From NCBI GenBank assembly GCA_001179505.1, contig CDMY01000209.1, positions 102,705 to 166,704 on the forward strand: DNA of 64,000 bases, read 5' to 3'. Positions 13,401-29,189 of this stretch are shown piece after piece. The notes under the pieces are model-generated. The model was not told where the DNA came from and ran no database searches. It worked only from the letters and a program-made list of their open reading frames with translations. The first letter of the stretch is position 1, and every line of letters begins with the position of its first letter. The DNA is from Vitrella brassicaformis CCMP3155. Its lineage: Eukaryota > Protista > Chromerida. A program made the position numbers and the translations under genes.

Positions 13401-14413
13401 GCTTCTTCTTGAGGACGCTGTAGTTCTCTATCGTACCGTTGTGAACCAAACTCAGGCGGTCTTTCTGCACCATATCGACACATACACATCAGCAGGGATC
13501 CGTCCATGTCATCCATCCATCCATCCATCTGTGCACCGCTCACGTAGTCTTGGTGTGGGTGTGCGTTGGTGTCGGTCTTGGCGCCGTGAGTTGCCCTGAA
13601 CGAAGAAAACCAAATGAAAGGCCAAACAGACGTTTCGCTTTGCCACACGGTAATGACTGGCTGACCATCGTGTGTGGGCGATCCCTATCTTGTGGCCGCC
13701 GTGCATCTGGACACAGACACATCCACGTAAACGCAGGTCACGTCGATGTCGGCCACACTCTATGTACCGGTGGCGATTCTCGTTCGAGTATGTCGATGGA
13801 GTCGTGTGTGCTGCCCTTGCTCGCGAATTTGGTCGTGAGCAGCTTGCCCTCGTTGATCGTCGTGATGCCTGACCATAACACAACCAACCACACACAACAT
13901 GAGCGGTGAAGGACACCAAGTTCATCCCCACTATCCCTCCGCCCACCCACCGCATGAGTCGTAACCCCTGTTCTGCAGAATCGAGATGCCTGCAGCGCAG
14001 ACAGCACAATCCACACACAACGAGATCACACACAGAGTGCGTCATCTCCCCACCCTCCCTCACCCCCCCTCACCTTCCATGAGGACCGGCTGCACATCTT
14101 TCTGGCCAATGTAGGCCACGATGCCGCAGCAGTTGGCCGGTGGCCGCCGCCACTTCTCACTCCACCACGCGTACCCGCCATAAGCCAGCAACGCTCCGCC
14201 CACCGACGATGCCCAGCCGGGCACGCTCCCGTCACCGCTCCGGCCGCAACGCTCGCCGCCGTCGCTGTTTTCGCGAAAACGGTGGCCGCTTGCCGCCTGT
14301 GCTGGCGCACAGGTTGCCAGGGATGCACTGGTGGTGGGAAAGCGGCAAAGCAGCCGCAGATGAGCCGCTGTCGCCGCTGTGCGAATGCACCGATCCATAG
14401 CGATGATCCGCAC
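10418..14413 (-). CDS. GFAT: Glutamine:fructose-6-phosphate amidotransferase (GFAT/GlmS) with a 95-aa N-terminal leader
   Basis: [106 protein letters not shown] across many GT-AG introns. Confidence 0.97.
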
Positions 14414-14653
14414 CGGATGAAGGATATCTGCGTGTCAGACTACGTCCACATGCCCTCAGAAGGGCGCGAAAGCCGCTTCCTGGCGGTTTCAGGGAGCATC
14501 CTCTTCCTAATTTTGCGAGCTACTAGTCGCCATCTGCGAGCTTGGTTGAGCCGCCAAGTCCCATCTTGCACGACGCCTGCAAGCAGCTCAAAGCGCTTCA
14601 CACGCACGAGGACCGCACAGATCCCAGCCTGATCTGAGTGAGGTTCAGCGACA
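14414..14653. promoter_or_regulatory. 240-bp divergent intergenic region between GFAT and the membrane PPase (putative bidirectional promoter)
   Basis: GFAT ATG at 14413 (minus) and PPase ATG at 14654 (plus); promoter function is inferred from geometry only. Confidence 0.45.
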
Positions 14654-18694
<4,041 letters not shown>

Positions 18695-19955
18695 TGATCG
18701 ATCGGCACAATACAAATGACTGACAGCAAGTACGTGAACGTGACTGTTTAGGTTGTACGTTCGTGAGCGAGTGCATGAATGCATGGGTGCCTATCTAACC
18801 GGATGTCTGACTGTCTGCCTTCTGCCCGACATGTGATCTGTTACTCTCGCCCCTCTCGCTTTTGATTTCTCTCTTGGTGTCGTCTGCCTGCCTGCCTGTC
18901 TGTCTGGCTGTCTGAACGTACCTACCGTGTCTCACTCGTTCATTCACACAGCCGTCCTTCCCGTCTCTGGATGCTCTCCTTTTTCTTCTCTATTTGTCAA
19001 TCAGCAAGGCCTGACACACAATACAACACAACACATCACATCACAGGCACCCCTCTTAAGCACATGGCAGTGGGGACAGTAAGGGTAAGTGTCGGTCGCT
19101 CGTGCGCAGAGGAAGAGAGCATCCGTGAGGAGAGAGGTGTCCGGTCGGTGAGTGATTCGTTTTTGTCGGCACACGTACACATACATACACACACTCATGC
19201 GTACATGTTCGTGCGTACTTGTACGGTCTACACGTGTATGGAACCATACAGACAAACTGAGTGGATCGACCGGCAACGGCGACACACATATACACACTTT
19301 TCACAGATCTGGTTGGAGAGATTGGTTGGATGCGTGTACGGATGTGGTTGCTGCAGTGATTGCTTCACAAGTCACACGGCGTGGTGCGTTCAAGGGAGCC
19401 ACTCGCTGCTGCATGTCGGTCGGTCGGTCGGTCAATTTTCGGTCCTCATCCATAGGGCGTCCGCACCGTGCTTCTCTGTCAGTCTGTCAGTCTGTCTGTC
19501 TGCTGCGTCGCTCTCGCGTCTATCGGGCTGCGGTTTGCTTCACATGAACACAACAGTTCACTCTTTGCTTTTCTGTAAGGACAAGATCACCACACACACA
19601 CAACAACAAGATTGTTCCAACTCTTCTGGGCTGGCAGACAGGGGATGAGCGCATCCACCATTTTTCTGCTTACTCGAATGGCCGAATGGGGGGGGACGGG
19701 AGACAGAATGCCTCTGGGTTCTTCTCTGCGCTTCTCGCCTGCTCACACGGGGGGAGGGAGGCTATTTTTCCTGTCAATACTACACTCATCCCCTATTGAT
19801 GTATACAGCATTAATACAGCAGCATCCACACACATTGACAGAGCGGGTGGACAGACAGACAGACAAGCACAGAAGGCCGGTAGGCTTCATTTTATCGGAA
19901 CAAGAAGTTTTTGGTTGCTTTGAGGAGAGGAGCGAGCGGGGAGGGGGGGGGGGGG

Positions 19956-20255
19956 NNNNNNNNNNNNNNNNNNNNNNNNNNNNNNNNNNNNNNNNNNNNN
20001 NNNNNNNNNNNNNNNNNNNNNNNNNNNNNNNNNNNNNNNNNNNNNNNNNNNNNNNNNNNNNNNNNNNNNNNNNNNNNNNNNNNNNNNNNNNNNNNNNNNN
20101 NNNNNNNNNNNNNNNNNNNNNNNNNNNNNNNNNNNNNNNNNNNNNNNNNNNNNNNNNNNNNNNNNNNNNNNNNNNNNNNNNNNNNNNNNNNNNNNNNNNN
20201 NNNNNNNNNNNNNNNNNNNNNNNNNNNNNNNNNNNNNNNNNNNNNNNNNNNNNNN
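19956..20255. other. Assembly gap (about 300 N) flanked by poly-G runs
   Basis: N run bounded by G homopolymers on both sides. Confidence 0.95.
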
Positions 20256-21218
20256 GGGGGGGGGGGGGCGGTTAGTTTGCTTATTTTTTGTGGGTCACCT
20301 ACTCCAAAGAGTTTTGTTACAGACAGCACAACACGAAGACATAAGAGAGCATCGATCGCGAAAGGAAAGGGGCAAAGTGTGCTGTGTCGATTTTGTTCTC
20401 ATCATCCGATCCAGTGCGCGGCTTACTTTCACTTGAAGAAGTTGGCTTATTTTTGCTTTGTCTTCGTGTCGCGTGCTATATTGTGTTGTGTCGTGTCGTT
20501 TCGTGAGTCCATGTGCGTGTGGTCGGGGGAGGGGCTGTGGGTGGATCATCAAGCAGAGAGGAAGAGAAGGTGGTGAGTCCATTTTGATGGCGGTCACCTT
20601 GTGAGCCAACGAGTCGATCTGTGATCTGTCGATGCACTGCACAGTGTTGCTGGGACAGCCTGTTGGTCGTGAGCTGTGCTGTTCGATGCCGAATGGAGAT
20701 GAACGGGGTCAGTCACTCTCGATTGGCTGACTTTCTGCATCTCCACACGGCAGCCGACAGTACACACGGCACACCACCGAGGCTCGCCCTATCACCACCA
20801 ATAGCCACAGGATGGGAAAAGAACCAAAGTCCGATGCGTGAGTGTATGTGTGTGTGTTGATTGCACATGGATAGATAGATGCGCATGGATGGTCGAGTCG
20901 ACTCTCGCAGAGAGCAAATTAACCTGCCTTGATGTTCGATGACGTGACCTGACTGGCAATTAGACAAGGAACAAAGGAACCAAGGAGCTCCTGCTGGTTG
21001 AATGCGTAGGCCTGCCACACCGACTGGTCATACTGGCTGGCTGGCTGCCAGTCAAGAGGGATGTCCTGCCTGCCTGCCTGCCTGGCTGGGTACTACTGGC
21101 TGATTGTTTCATGGCCATGGACATGGCTTATTGTAACTGATGGCAAGATGGACATGTGCCGCGTGCACGTGTGCTCTAAGATTCTGTAACTTCAACTCTC
21201 GTAGCCTACAGATGTCTT

Positions 21219-22673
21219 TCAACCGTCCAGCCCGTCAAAGCAGACTCCAGTCTCCTCTTGTTCCCTCTCATCTCGCGTCTCGTCCACCTCAGTTCTCGTG
21301 CGCACGAAATTCCCTTTGAATTGGCCGCTCACGTGCGAAGGCTCAGTGGCAAACACACTGAGACACAGACAGACAGACAGACAGACACGATCTATGTCAG
21401 CAAGAAAGCAGCAAAGAGACACCTTTACCTGCCAAAGTGATTGCAGTAGGCGACTGCGTCTCTGAAGTACAGCTCCCTTGATTTCTTGCCCAGAGCAGTC
21501 CATTCATGCTGAGGTTCATTGCGCTTTTTCCAGGTGCGTGGCTTCGAAGTATGGGACCACTGGTCTTCCCTGAACGGCGACGCGTCACCTTCAATCGACG
21601 CGATTTTGGCGAGAGATTCCACTGCCTTGGTGACTCTCTCTGTGTCCCGCATTCCGTCCTGGCAGTATTCTCTCATCGCGTCGTATGTGGTTTCAAGAAG
21701 GGGCTGGACTGATTTATCCTTCTTGCCAGGTAGACAGCCACGTTGCCACGATACCTTGTGGTCGAACGAGTTCGAAGGGTCATGTGTGCGATGGCCAGAG
21801 GGAGGCCCGCGAACGAGATTACCTGCGTACACAGCGAATTGGAGAGCAAACAAGAGGTGGAGCCGCCGCTCCTCACTACGCACACAGTGTGAGAGCTTAC
21901 CAGGCATCCAGGTCAGGCTGTACGCGAACTTGCCGCTATATTCCAGTTCTGTTGTGCGACCCTCCAGCATGTCTTCCAGCCAGTTCTGCCACGCTGAGAC
22001 ATGATCCGGCTTGACTGGACTCTCGAACGCGTAGCCTGCATTTATCAGAGGATGGCTGTAACATACATGGACTTATTCTCAACCATAGGACTTGCCTTCT
22101 GCGTGATCGATGAGACTGCAGCCACCAACATATATATACAGGCATACATACATACAGGCATACATACAGACAGACAGAGACTCATTCGTATGTCGTGTTC
22201 CTTCATTCCCTCCCTTCCGCCTGCCCACTCACCTTCGGATCAGCGGGGTGGCCAGCTTCAGGTGGGCTGATGAGCAAACAAGGAGGTCCCACCAATCGAC
22301 AATCAAGCTCTGCAGGTACGTGATAATTGACCCATCTGATAATCAGACAACACGTCGCCGGGAGCAGCCGCCAAACCTTGGGAATGACATGGTGATATCC
22401 CTGCTCAATCGGTGATGTCTAGTTTGTCTCCTTTGTGAACGGCCGACATTTGATCTTGTTCTTCTTTATCTGAAGCGCCAGCCCCTCATCGCTGCACTCT
22501 ACCTTGTCTCCGCCGGGGCACTTGGTGAAAGGGGTCTCGGAAAGGTCAACGAAGTGGGGAGAGGCTGGTGCCGTCGCGAAGATAAGGAAGACGAGAGCCG
22601 TGACGCGCAGACAAATTGAGGTAGACAGAACCATCAGATCGGCGCTAAGACTCGATTGCCATGTGGCCCCCAT
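21219..22673 (-). CDS. Hypothetical, possibly secreted protein (multi-exon, model uncertain)
   Basis: Signal-like MVLSTSICLRVTALVFLIFATAPA at about 22634; 181-aa coding-like exon 21425-21970; spliced terminal exon ...TGVCFDGLDG*; no family recognised and linkage of the pieces is not proven. Confidence 0.4.
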
Positions 22674-23084
22674 GCGGCCAAGGTATCCTCGCCGACAACT
22701 CGACTTCTCGATTCATTCATTCATTCATTCATCAAGCGTCTCCTATGAACGCATGAGCATCCATGGAAACGGTCTAGCAGCCCTGCAAAACGAGGCAGAG
22801 ACCAGGGCGGCGAGTCCGGCTCACCAAGGTCTCCCTTGGCTACCCCTGGGTTTCGGAGAAAAATGCCAGTCCGTTTTCACCCCGATGGCGCGGGGCTGCC
22901 CATGCTTGTATATGTCCCCCGGGCGAGGGGACACCCTGCTTGTATACTTCCCCCGGGCCAGGGGAGGTAGTGTGCCAAGTATATGTGGTGGGGGTGCGTG
23001 TACGCGTCTGTCTCGCGCTTCGTGTTCGTGTTGTGTGTGTACAGGTATGTGTTCATCTCTGTCTGTCATCTCCCCTCCTTCCCT

Positions 23085-23384
23085 NNNNNNNNNNNNNNNN
23101 NNNNNNNNNNNNNNNNNNNNNNNNNNNNNNNNNNNNNNNNNNNNNNNNNNNNNNNNNNNNNNNNNNNNNNNNNNNNNNNNNNNNNNNNNNNNNNNNNNNN
23201 NNNNNNNNNNNNNNNNNNNNNNNNNNNNNNNNNNNNNNNNNNNNNNNNNNNNNNNNNNNNNNNNNNNNNNNNNNNNNNNNNNNNNNNNNNNNNNNNNNNN
23301 NNNNNNNNNNNNNNNNNNNNNNNNNNNNNNNNNNNNNNNNNNNNNNNNNNNNNNNNNNNNNNNNNNNNNNNNNNNNNNNNNNNN
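23085..23384. other. Assembly gap (about 300 N)
   Basis: N run ending in a (TG)n microsatellite. Confidence 0.95.
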
Positions 23385-23862
23385 TGTGTGTGTGTGTGTG
23401 TGTGGTGATGTGTGTGGCCGCCGTCTTTCCTGTCGTGTCAGATAGCCTGTCTCTCTTCCCTCCCTCCCTCCCCCCCCCTTTATGTGTGGGTCGTGAGTAT
23501 TTGTCTTTGTGCAGAGGGTTGGGTTGCGCATGAGGGTTGACTCTCATATGGTTGCTTGGTACGAGGCTGGGATAATTTCTCGAGACGGGACACGGAAAGA
23601 GTTGAGAAAAAATATCAACACATGCCAATTTGCGCGAGAAGATCTCGCGACCGGTGGGTGCGTGCAACTATTGAACAGGGGGGAGAGATGAAAATCATAA
23701 TTTGAGGTGTCCCAACACGTCCTGGCGACCCCCTGCAGTGCTGCTGAGTGCTCTTCAGTGAAAAAAGCGAAGACTTCGCGACCTGGCGGGTCTCACCGTC
23801 GTTGCTCGTTGTCGGTCCCCTGAAGGTGTGTGGCCACCTGTCCATCCGTCCTACATCCGTCG

Positions 23863-24727
23863 ATGTCGTACAAGCACTTTGACATCGGCAAGGGGGTGGA
23901 CATAATAGGCGACGAGGAGACCTTCTTCATGCTGCTGGGCAGATACAAGGAAGAACTCCATGTAAGCTACGCTGCGTGGCAGGACAGGACAGGAGCCTAC
24001 AGAATGGAATTGATCAAAGGAAGAATTGTTGTTGATGAATTTGATGATTCGTTTCTCTCCCCTGATGTGTGCTCTGTCTGCCTGTCTGCCTGCCTGCCTG
24101 CCTGCCTGTCTGCCTGTCTGCCTGTCTGCCTGTCTGCCTGCCTGTCTGCCTGTCTGCCTGTCTGTGTCTGTGTGTCGCTTACAATGCAGACGAGGGTCGC
24201 GAGCATCTTGAGTGCATGGGACAAGAAGGACTACCAGACGATGCTACGAGACGCCTACTCCCTCAAGGGCTCATCATCGTCAGTCTCATGCACACACATC
24301 CCATGGCAACACCTTGCCCTCGTATATGTCATCCACCCGTCGATCCCTCAGGTATGCGGCAGCGGATCATCTGCAGAGGACGTGCGAGGCCATTTTCTGG
24401 GCGGTGCAGAAGAACCAGCTCGACTCCCTCCCACAACTCATCGATGACTTCAAGATATTCAGCACAGAGGCCAAAGACGAACTGGACAAAATCACGGCTG
24501 GATTATCAATACACCAATGGAGGGCGGGGAGGCAGGGGGCGAGGGAGGAGAGTGCAGGCTACCTGAGGGGAGGGCTAAGAGGGCAAGGGAGGGGAGACGC
24601 CTTGCTAGCTGCCTGTTTATCTATTGTACATATGTGCATCTCCTTCAGTGACTGCGTGTGTGCGCGTGTACAGTCGACAGACTACAAGACACGCCTTTTG
24701 GCTCCACGGACGGACGGACGTACCTGA
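23863..24727 (+). CDS. Histidine-phosphotransfer (HPt) domain protein with His-to-Tyr at the phospho-acceptor (pseudo-HPt); C-terminus uncertain
   Basis: Three exons (23863-23961, 24190-24278, 24352-) splice in frame to MSYKHFDIGKGVDIIGDEETFFMLLGRYKEELHTRVASILSAWDKKDYQTMLRDAYSLKGSSSYAAADHLQRTCEAIFWAVQKNQLDSLPQLIDDFKIFSTEAKDELDKI; matches the HPt consensus AHxLKGSS..xGA..L...C. Confidence 0.85.
24065..24165. repeat. (CTGC)/(CTGT) compound microsatellite in HPt intron 1
   Basis: About 25 tandem CTGC/CTGT units; representative of many intronic microsatellites in the window. Confidence 0.9.
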
Positions 24728-24997
24728 ACTGGACAGTGGATTCGAATGAGCTCGTCGATCGCTAAGAAATGGGGGCCGAACGAAATGGGCATCGATGGAT
24801 GGATGGATCTGTAGACGCCCCATTAATGCTCGTTTCTCTGCTTTCTCGCCGGGGCACAGTGTTTCCAAAAGGACGGAGTTTCCTCTTCCAGCGACCACAA
24901 AGTACGCAGTGGCAATGTGGATGTCTCCGTGTATTGGCCATGCATCGCGTTTGATGTGTGTTTCATCCGCCCGAGAGCTGTGCAGCTGTTGTCACTT

Positions 24998-27900
24998 CTA
25001 TTTGATCTTCGCCTCTATCTTCGTCAATCGCTCTTCCACTTGTTTCTGCATCTCGTTCTGCTGTGTTTGCAACTCCCGCAAGACTGAGACTCACGGTAAA
25101 CGCATCGAAGGAAAGAATAAATGAAAAGGGTGTCTGTCAAGTCTTTCTGCCACCTGGCTCGATCTTGTCCTTGACGTACTCCTCAAAGTGCGTCAGGGCT
25201 GGAAGAGATTGATAGAGACACAGCTCGACGACCTCCATCATGACAGCTCTGCGTGTCCGTGTCTCACCGGTCATGATGTCCGGAGACGTCGTGTCGCGAT
25301 GATATGCGGCCTTCATCCACATCTCGACCTTGCCTTTGTAACTGTCCCGTGCTTGACGCCTCTTTTCGGCTTTCTGCTCCTCAGTGTCCTTGGAAGATTC
25401 CTTTGACGACACACGGACATTTCAGCATTGGAAGGCATTCTGATTGTCCACATCCTGTGTTGGGAGCTCGCCTTTGCTGTGACGTATTGGTGGAAAATAT
25501 ACAGGGGCATCACGGGGATGGTCAGGAGCATTCTGAATGCGTCCCAGTACATTCCCGCCCGTATCAGTACTTCAAGCCTCCCGTGTCCGGGTTGAAACAC
25601 CCCCAGCTGACGGTCGATGTATGCGGGTGTGAAGACGACGGCGTGCATCAGGGCATCGAGGGTGACGTAGATGGCCTCCACCGACCAGGAGGCAATGCGG
25701 CAGAGTGCCGACTGCCGTCCGCCGATGAGGGAGGCGACATAGCGCAGGGGCACCGACACGACCACAGCTGCACATACACAGATGTGGCCACTTGTGGTGG
25801 ATGCAGTTGATGTCTCTTGCCGCACCGACCGATGAGGTTGAATGGCGGCGGGAGGCGCTCGTGCTGCGGCATATTCAGGTACTCATTCAACACGCGAATC
25901 CGCAGCAGCCTGCACGCATTCATTCACGAACGGAGAGAGAGCCGTCATGTATCGCTGTCTCCCTGCCTGTCTTCTTACTGATATTGGGCAGTCTGTGTCT
26001 GCTCGATGGCCGCATACGTCGACGCCTGACATAGAGAGACACACGAAGACAGGAGCATTGATCAGTCTCATGACACGCTCGATGTCCATCGTGTGTGTCT
26101 CACCATAATGGCGATGAGCAGGTTGAGCTATCGATGCGGTTAGACAGAGAGACAACGAAGGGAGTCCTTGTGTGTGTGGCTCGTTTAAGTGTATGTGTGT
26201 TGGTGAGCCTCCCGTACGAGTATGATGGAGGAGAGGATGACGTATGTGAACAGCAGGACGGTCCCCAGGGTGTCGTGGCTCTCGATGGCGTTGTTCAGCG
26301 CCTCATTGAACTCGCCAAGACCCGCGTAGAAACTAACGCAGCCAACCGACAGCACATGGCGACTGGCGCTCTCTCTCTCTGTGTGTGTGTCGGTGTCATC
26401 GAGTACAGTGTGAGCGTGGCTTTGGGGAAGGAGCCGAAGTACTGATGGTCTTCGTCGGACGAGAGGAGGGTGAAGACGACCGCGAAGACCACCAGGATGT
26501 AGACGTACAGACACAGAAACATGCTGATGTCCGAAAACATCCTCACAACCGCACTGACACACACACCCATCACACACACCATCAGACACCTCTCTCTCTG
26601 TGTGCCTGTCTCTCTCACTGACAGTATGAGTGGTCCCACGGCTGGGTGCAGGCTGGCCGTTTGGAGGAGGCGCAAGGCAAAGAGCAGCGCTATGACGATC
26701 CCTGAGCCGACCTTGGCATCCGTTGACCAGCCCATCACGTGGACGGCTATGAAGGCGATGATGGAGGCGCAGGAGCACATATCCACGTAGTTCCTTCATC
26801 GGCACACATCGACAGCACACAAATGAAGCGCCCAACACGAAGCCTGACGCACACCATGAGTCTTCCCAGTACGCTGCCTTCAGGCGGATGAACTGCACAC
26901 ACGTATATATACGATGCATGTCAGTCTTGATCAGTCAGTCATGTCTCCCTTAATCGATGTGCCTCACTTGAAAGCTCTCCAGCAAGACGAATCCACCACC
27001 CGTCAGCACTGCCCCCCACAGCCACACCGCCAGCCACACCCCCGCCATCGTCATCGCACTGTCTCCCTTGATCGACTCGATGCGCAGCAGCACAAAGGCC
27101 ACCCTGACAACACACACACACATAAATACACACACAGATACAGGGATGTTATGCATGTCTCTCCCCCTCGTGGTGCATGGTTGCAGCTTTACATGAGCAG
27201 CATCGATAGCACGCGGCTGATGAAGACATCACGGGGTGCAACTTTGTACCCTCCAGTTTTTGTATTCCTGATTCCAATGCTCCGTGACGAGAGATGTGCA
27301 GTTGGCTGTCGCAATCATTGGGAGGAAAGAGTCATGAGCGGGCCGACAGAGAACCGAGGAGATCGCTTGTGCGGCTTACCTTGGGTGACGACAGAGAGGG
27401 GCTCTGCCGACTCGAGCATCGCAAACCATTCTCTTTCTTTGCCTGCAAGTGACCCTTCGAAGACCTCATTCGGTGCATCGCTGCAGAAATCGGCTGTGAG
27501 CGCCTAAACCGATTGGACAATCAACGTGGCAGTGAAAAGTGCTGTGTGTCTTTCTTATTCTTTACCTCGTTCCAGCTGGAAATCTGCTCAAATTCACTGC
27601 ACGAAACAAGAAAGAAAGATCGTGAAGTACCCTCCTCTTCATTGGCATGATGTCCCCTTCTCTTCATTAAGTCATACTCTGTGAGGGAGTCCTTCGGTCG
27701 CGATTTCATCAACTTGCGGAAGACGGCACAGCAGCAAAGACTGTCGAAGGCCAGCGACTCAGAGTGGTCCTTCAGGAACACCGTCGCGCACACCACCTCT
27801 TTGAGATCCTGCGCCGTCGCATACGGTATTTTCACGCCTCGCTTGACCACCTCCATGGTGACGTCTGGAGCTACGCCTATCATCGGTACGACGACCCCCG

Positions 27901-29066
27901 GTTCTTCGGTAACGGCACGATCCAGGGGCGTCATTCCGAGCTGTCACGAGCAGAGATAGTATCACTCATAGGTCGACAAGTGCATTGCGATAGGTGCAGT
28001 GCAGCCTACAATGTTTTTGACCTTTAGAAGTTGTGGATTGACCGTCAACATCCAGCGCGGGACATCGGCTTTTTCGAGGCCTGCGGGAGAGCGCAAAGAG
28101 ACACGTTGAAGACTCATGCAGTTGTGTGGTCGTCATTTGCAGCACCACATAAGCCCGTGTGCACAGCGAAATGAAGGGGCGTGTGGCCATCCTGCAGGCA
28201 CAGCATGAAGAAGGAGTGAAGACACCCGGCTAACAGGCAGCCACGATACCCGGCCTTTCAGGGTTAGCAGGTGTTGTCTGTCTTGGAACAGCACTTCAAA
28301 CACATCCACATCCATGCACTTCTCTGGGAAGCACACACACAAGGGCCGCGTGGCTGCATCATGCGTCTGCAGTGGTGCGACTGTGCAAACCTGCGGCGAA
28401 ATGAATGGCTGAACCCCAAGTCTCCCACCCTTTCTCCGTCGTCAGCGCTTTCTCGGCTTGCTCAGGCGACAGACCGTCGAGGGCCTTCCGCACACCCTCC
28501 GCATCCCACCCCAGGACGGCCTCTTTGATGCTGTCTCTCAGTTTCCACGTCGGCTCCCAGTCGTCGGCGGCTGGGGCCCCGACCAGGGGGACCTGCAGAC
28601 GACACACAGACGTCCAACAGACCTCTCAGAGTGTGTTACCGTGCCGCTGTCCGCATCACAGCGACACACCTGCTCGATGCGTCTCGGTGCCTTGGTGATG
28701 TCATCGGTGACGTCCGGCAGCTGGGGCTCCATCAGCCCCTGTCCATCGTCCTGCAGCAGAGGGACCTGGTCACTCGAGGCCGACGCTGACATCTGCAATG
28801 CATTGAGGGAGGGAGGGACACAGACATCAGAGGCCGGTGACCACACACACAGAGATGCACTAGGAGCATTGCAAGGTGACCTTGGGATGGCCCGTCTGTG
28901 TGTGGTGGATGGCCTGCTGTGCGGCAGCGTCGCCCTCGTCGACTCTCGGCAGCTGGATGTAGCACACCTCCTCAGCACCACTCGGGCGGCTGTGGCCGTC
29001 TCTCCCACTGCGGCCCTCCCGGCCCTGCAGCCGGGGAGTGCGCTGGCCGTGCAGGAAGCCCAGCAT
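24998..29066 (-). CDS. Ankyrin-repeat TRP-family cation channel, paralog 1
   Basis: Ankyrin motifs GSAIHFAA, DGHTPLHFAV, LGMTPLDRA; S2-S3 YWEDSWNYVD; S4 LLFALRLLQTASLHPAVGPLILSVVRMFSDISMFL; pore TLTLFYAGLGEF; S6 ILSSIILLNLLIAIM; TRP-box-like region then LPPPFNLI; C-terminal coiled coil ...RLTKIEAKIK*. Confidence 0.88.
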
Positions 29067-29189
29067 CTTCGCCGCAGGGCTGTTCCCCGCCAGACGCCGA
29101 GGCTCCCAGTCTCAGGGTTCAGGGTTTCAAAACCCTGAGATGAGGTCCCCGCAATGGAGGCAGGATGGAGGACAAAACTTATCTGTGAG

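Noticed and set aside
19940-20270. Poly-G tracts flanking the gap as a G-quadruplex element
   Set aside because: The true sequence is unknown, and poly-G next to gaps is a common sequencing artefact
18971-21200. ORFs of 100-225 aa around the first gap
   Set aside because: Microsatellite-derived Cys/Val/Thr/His-rich translations or ORFs spanning Ns; no coding signal
22880-22980. Two copies of a roughly 35-bp unit (tgcttgtata..tcccccgggc.agggga), considered as a CRISPR-like array
   Set aside because: Only two units, no spacer series, no cas genes, and a eukaryotic context
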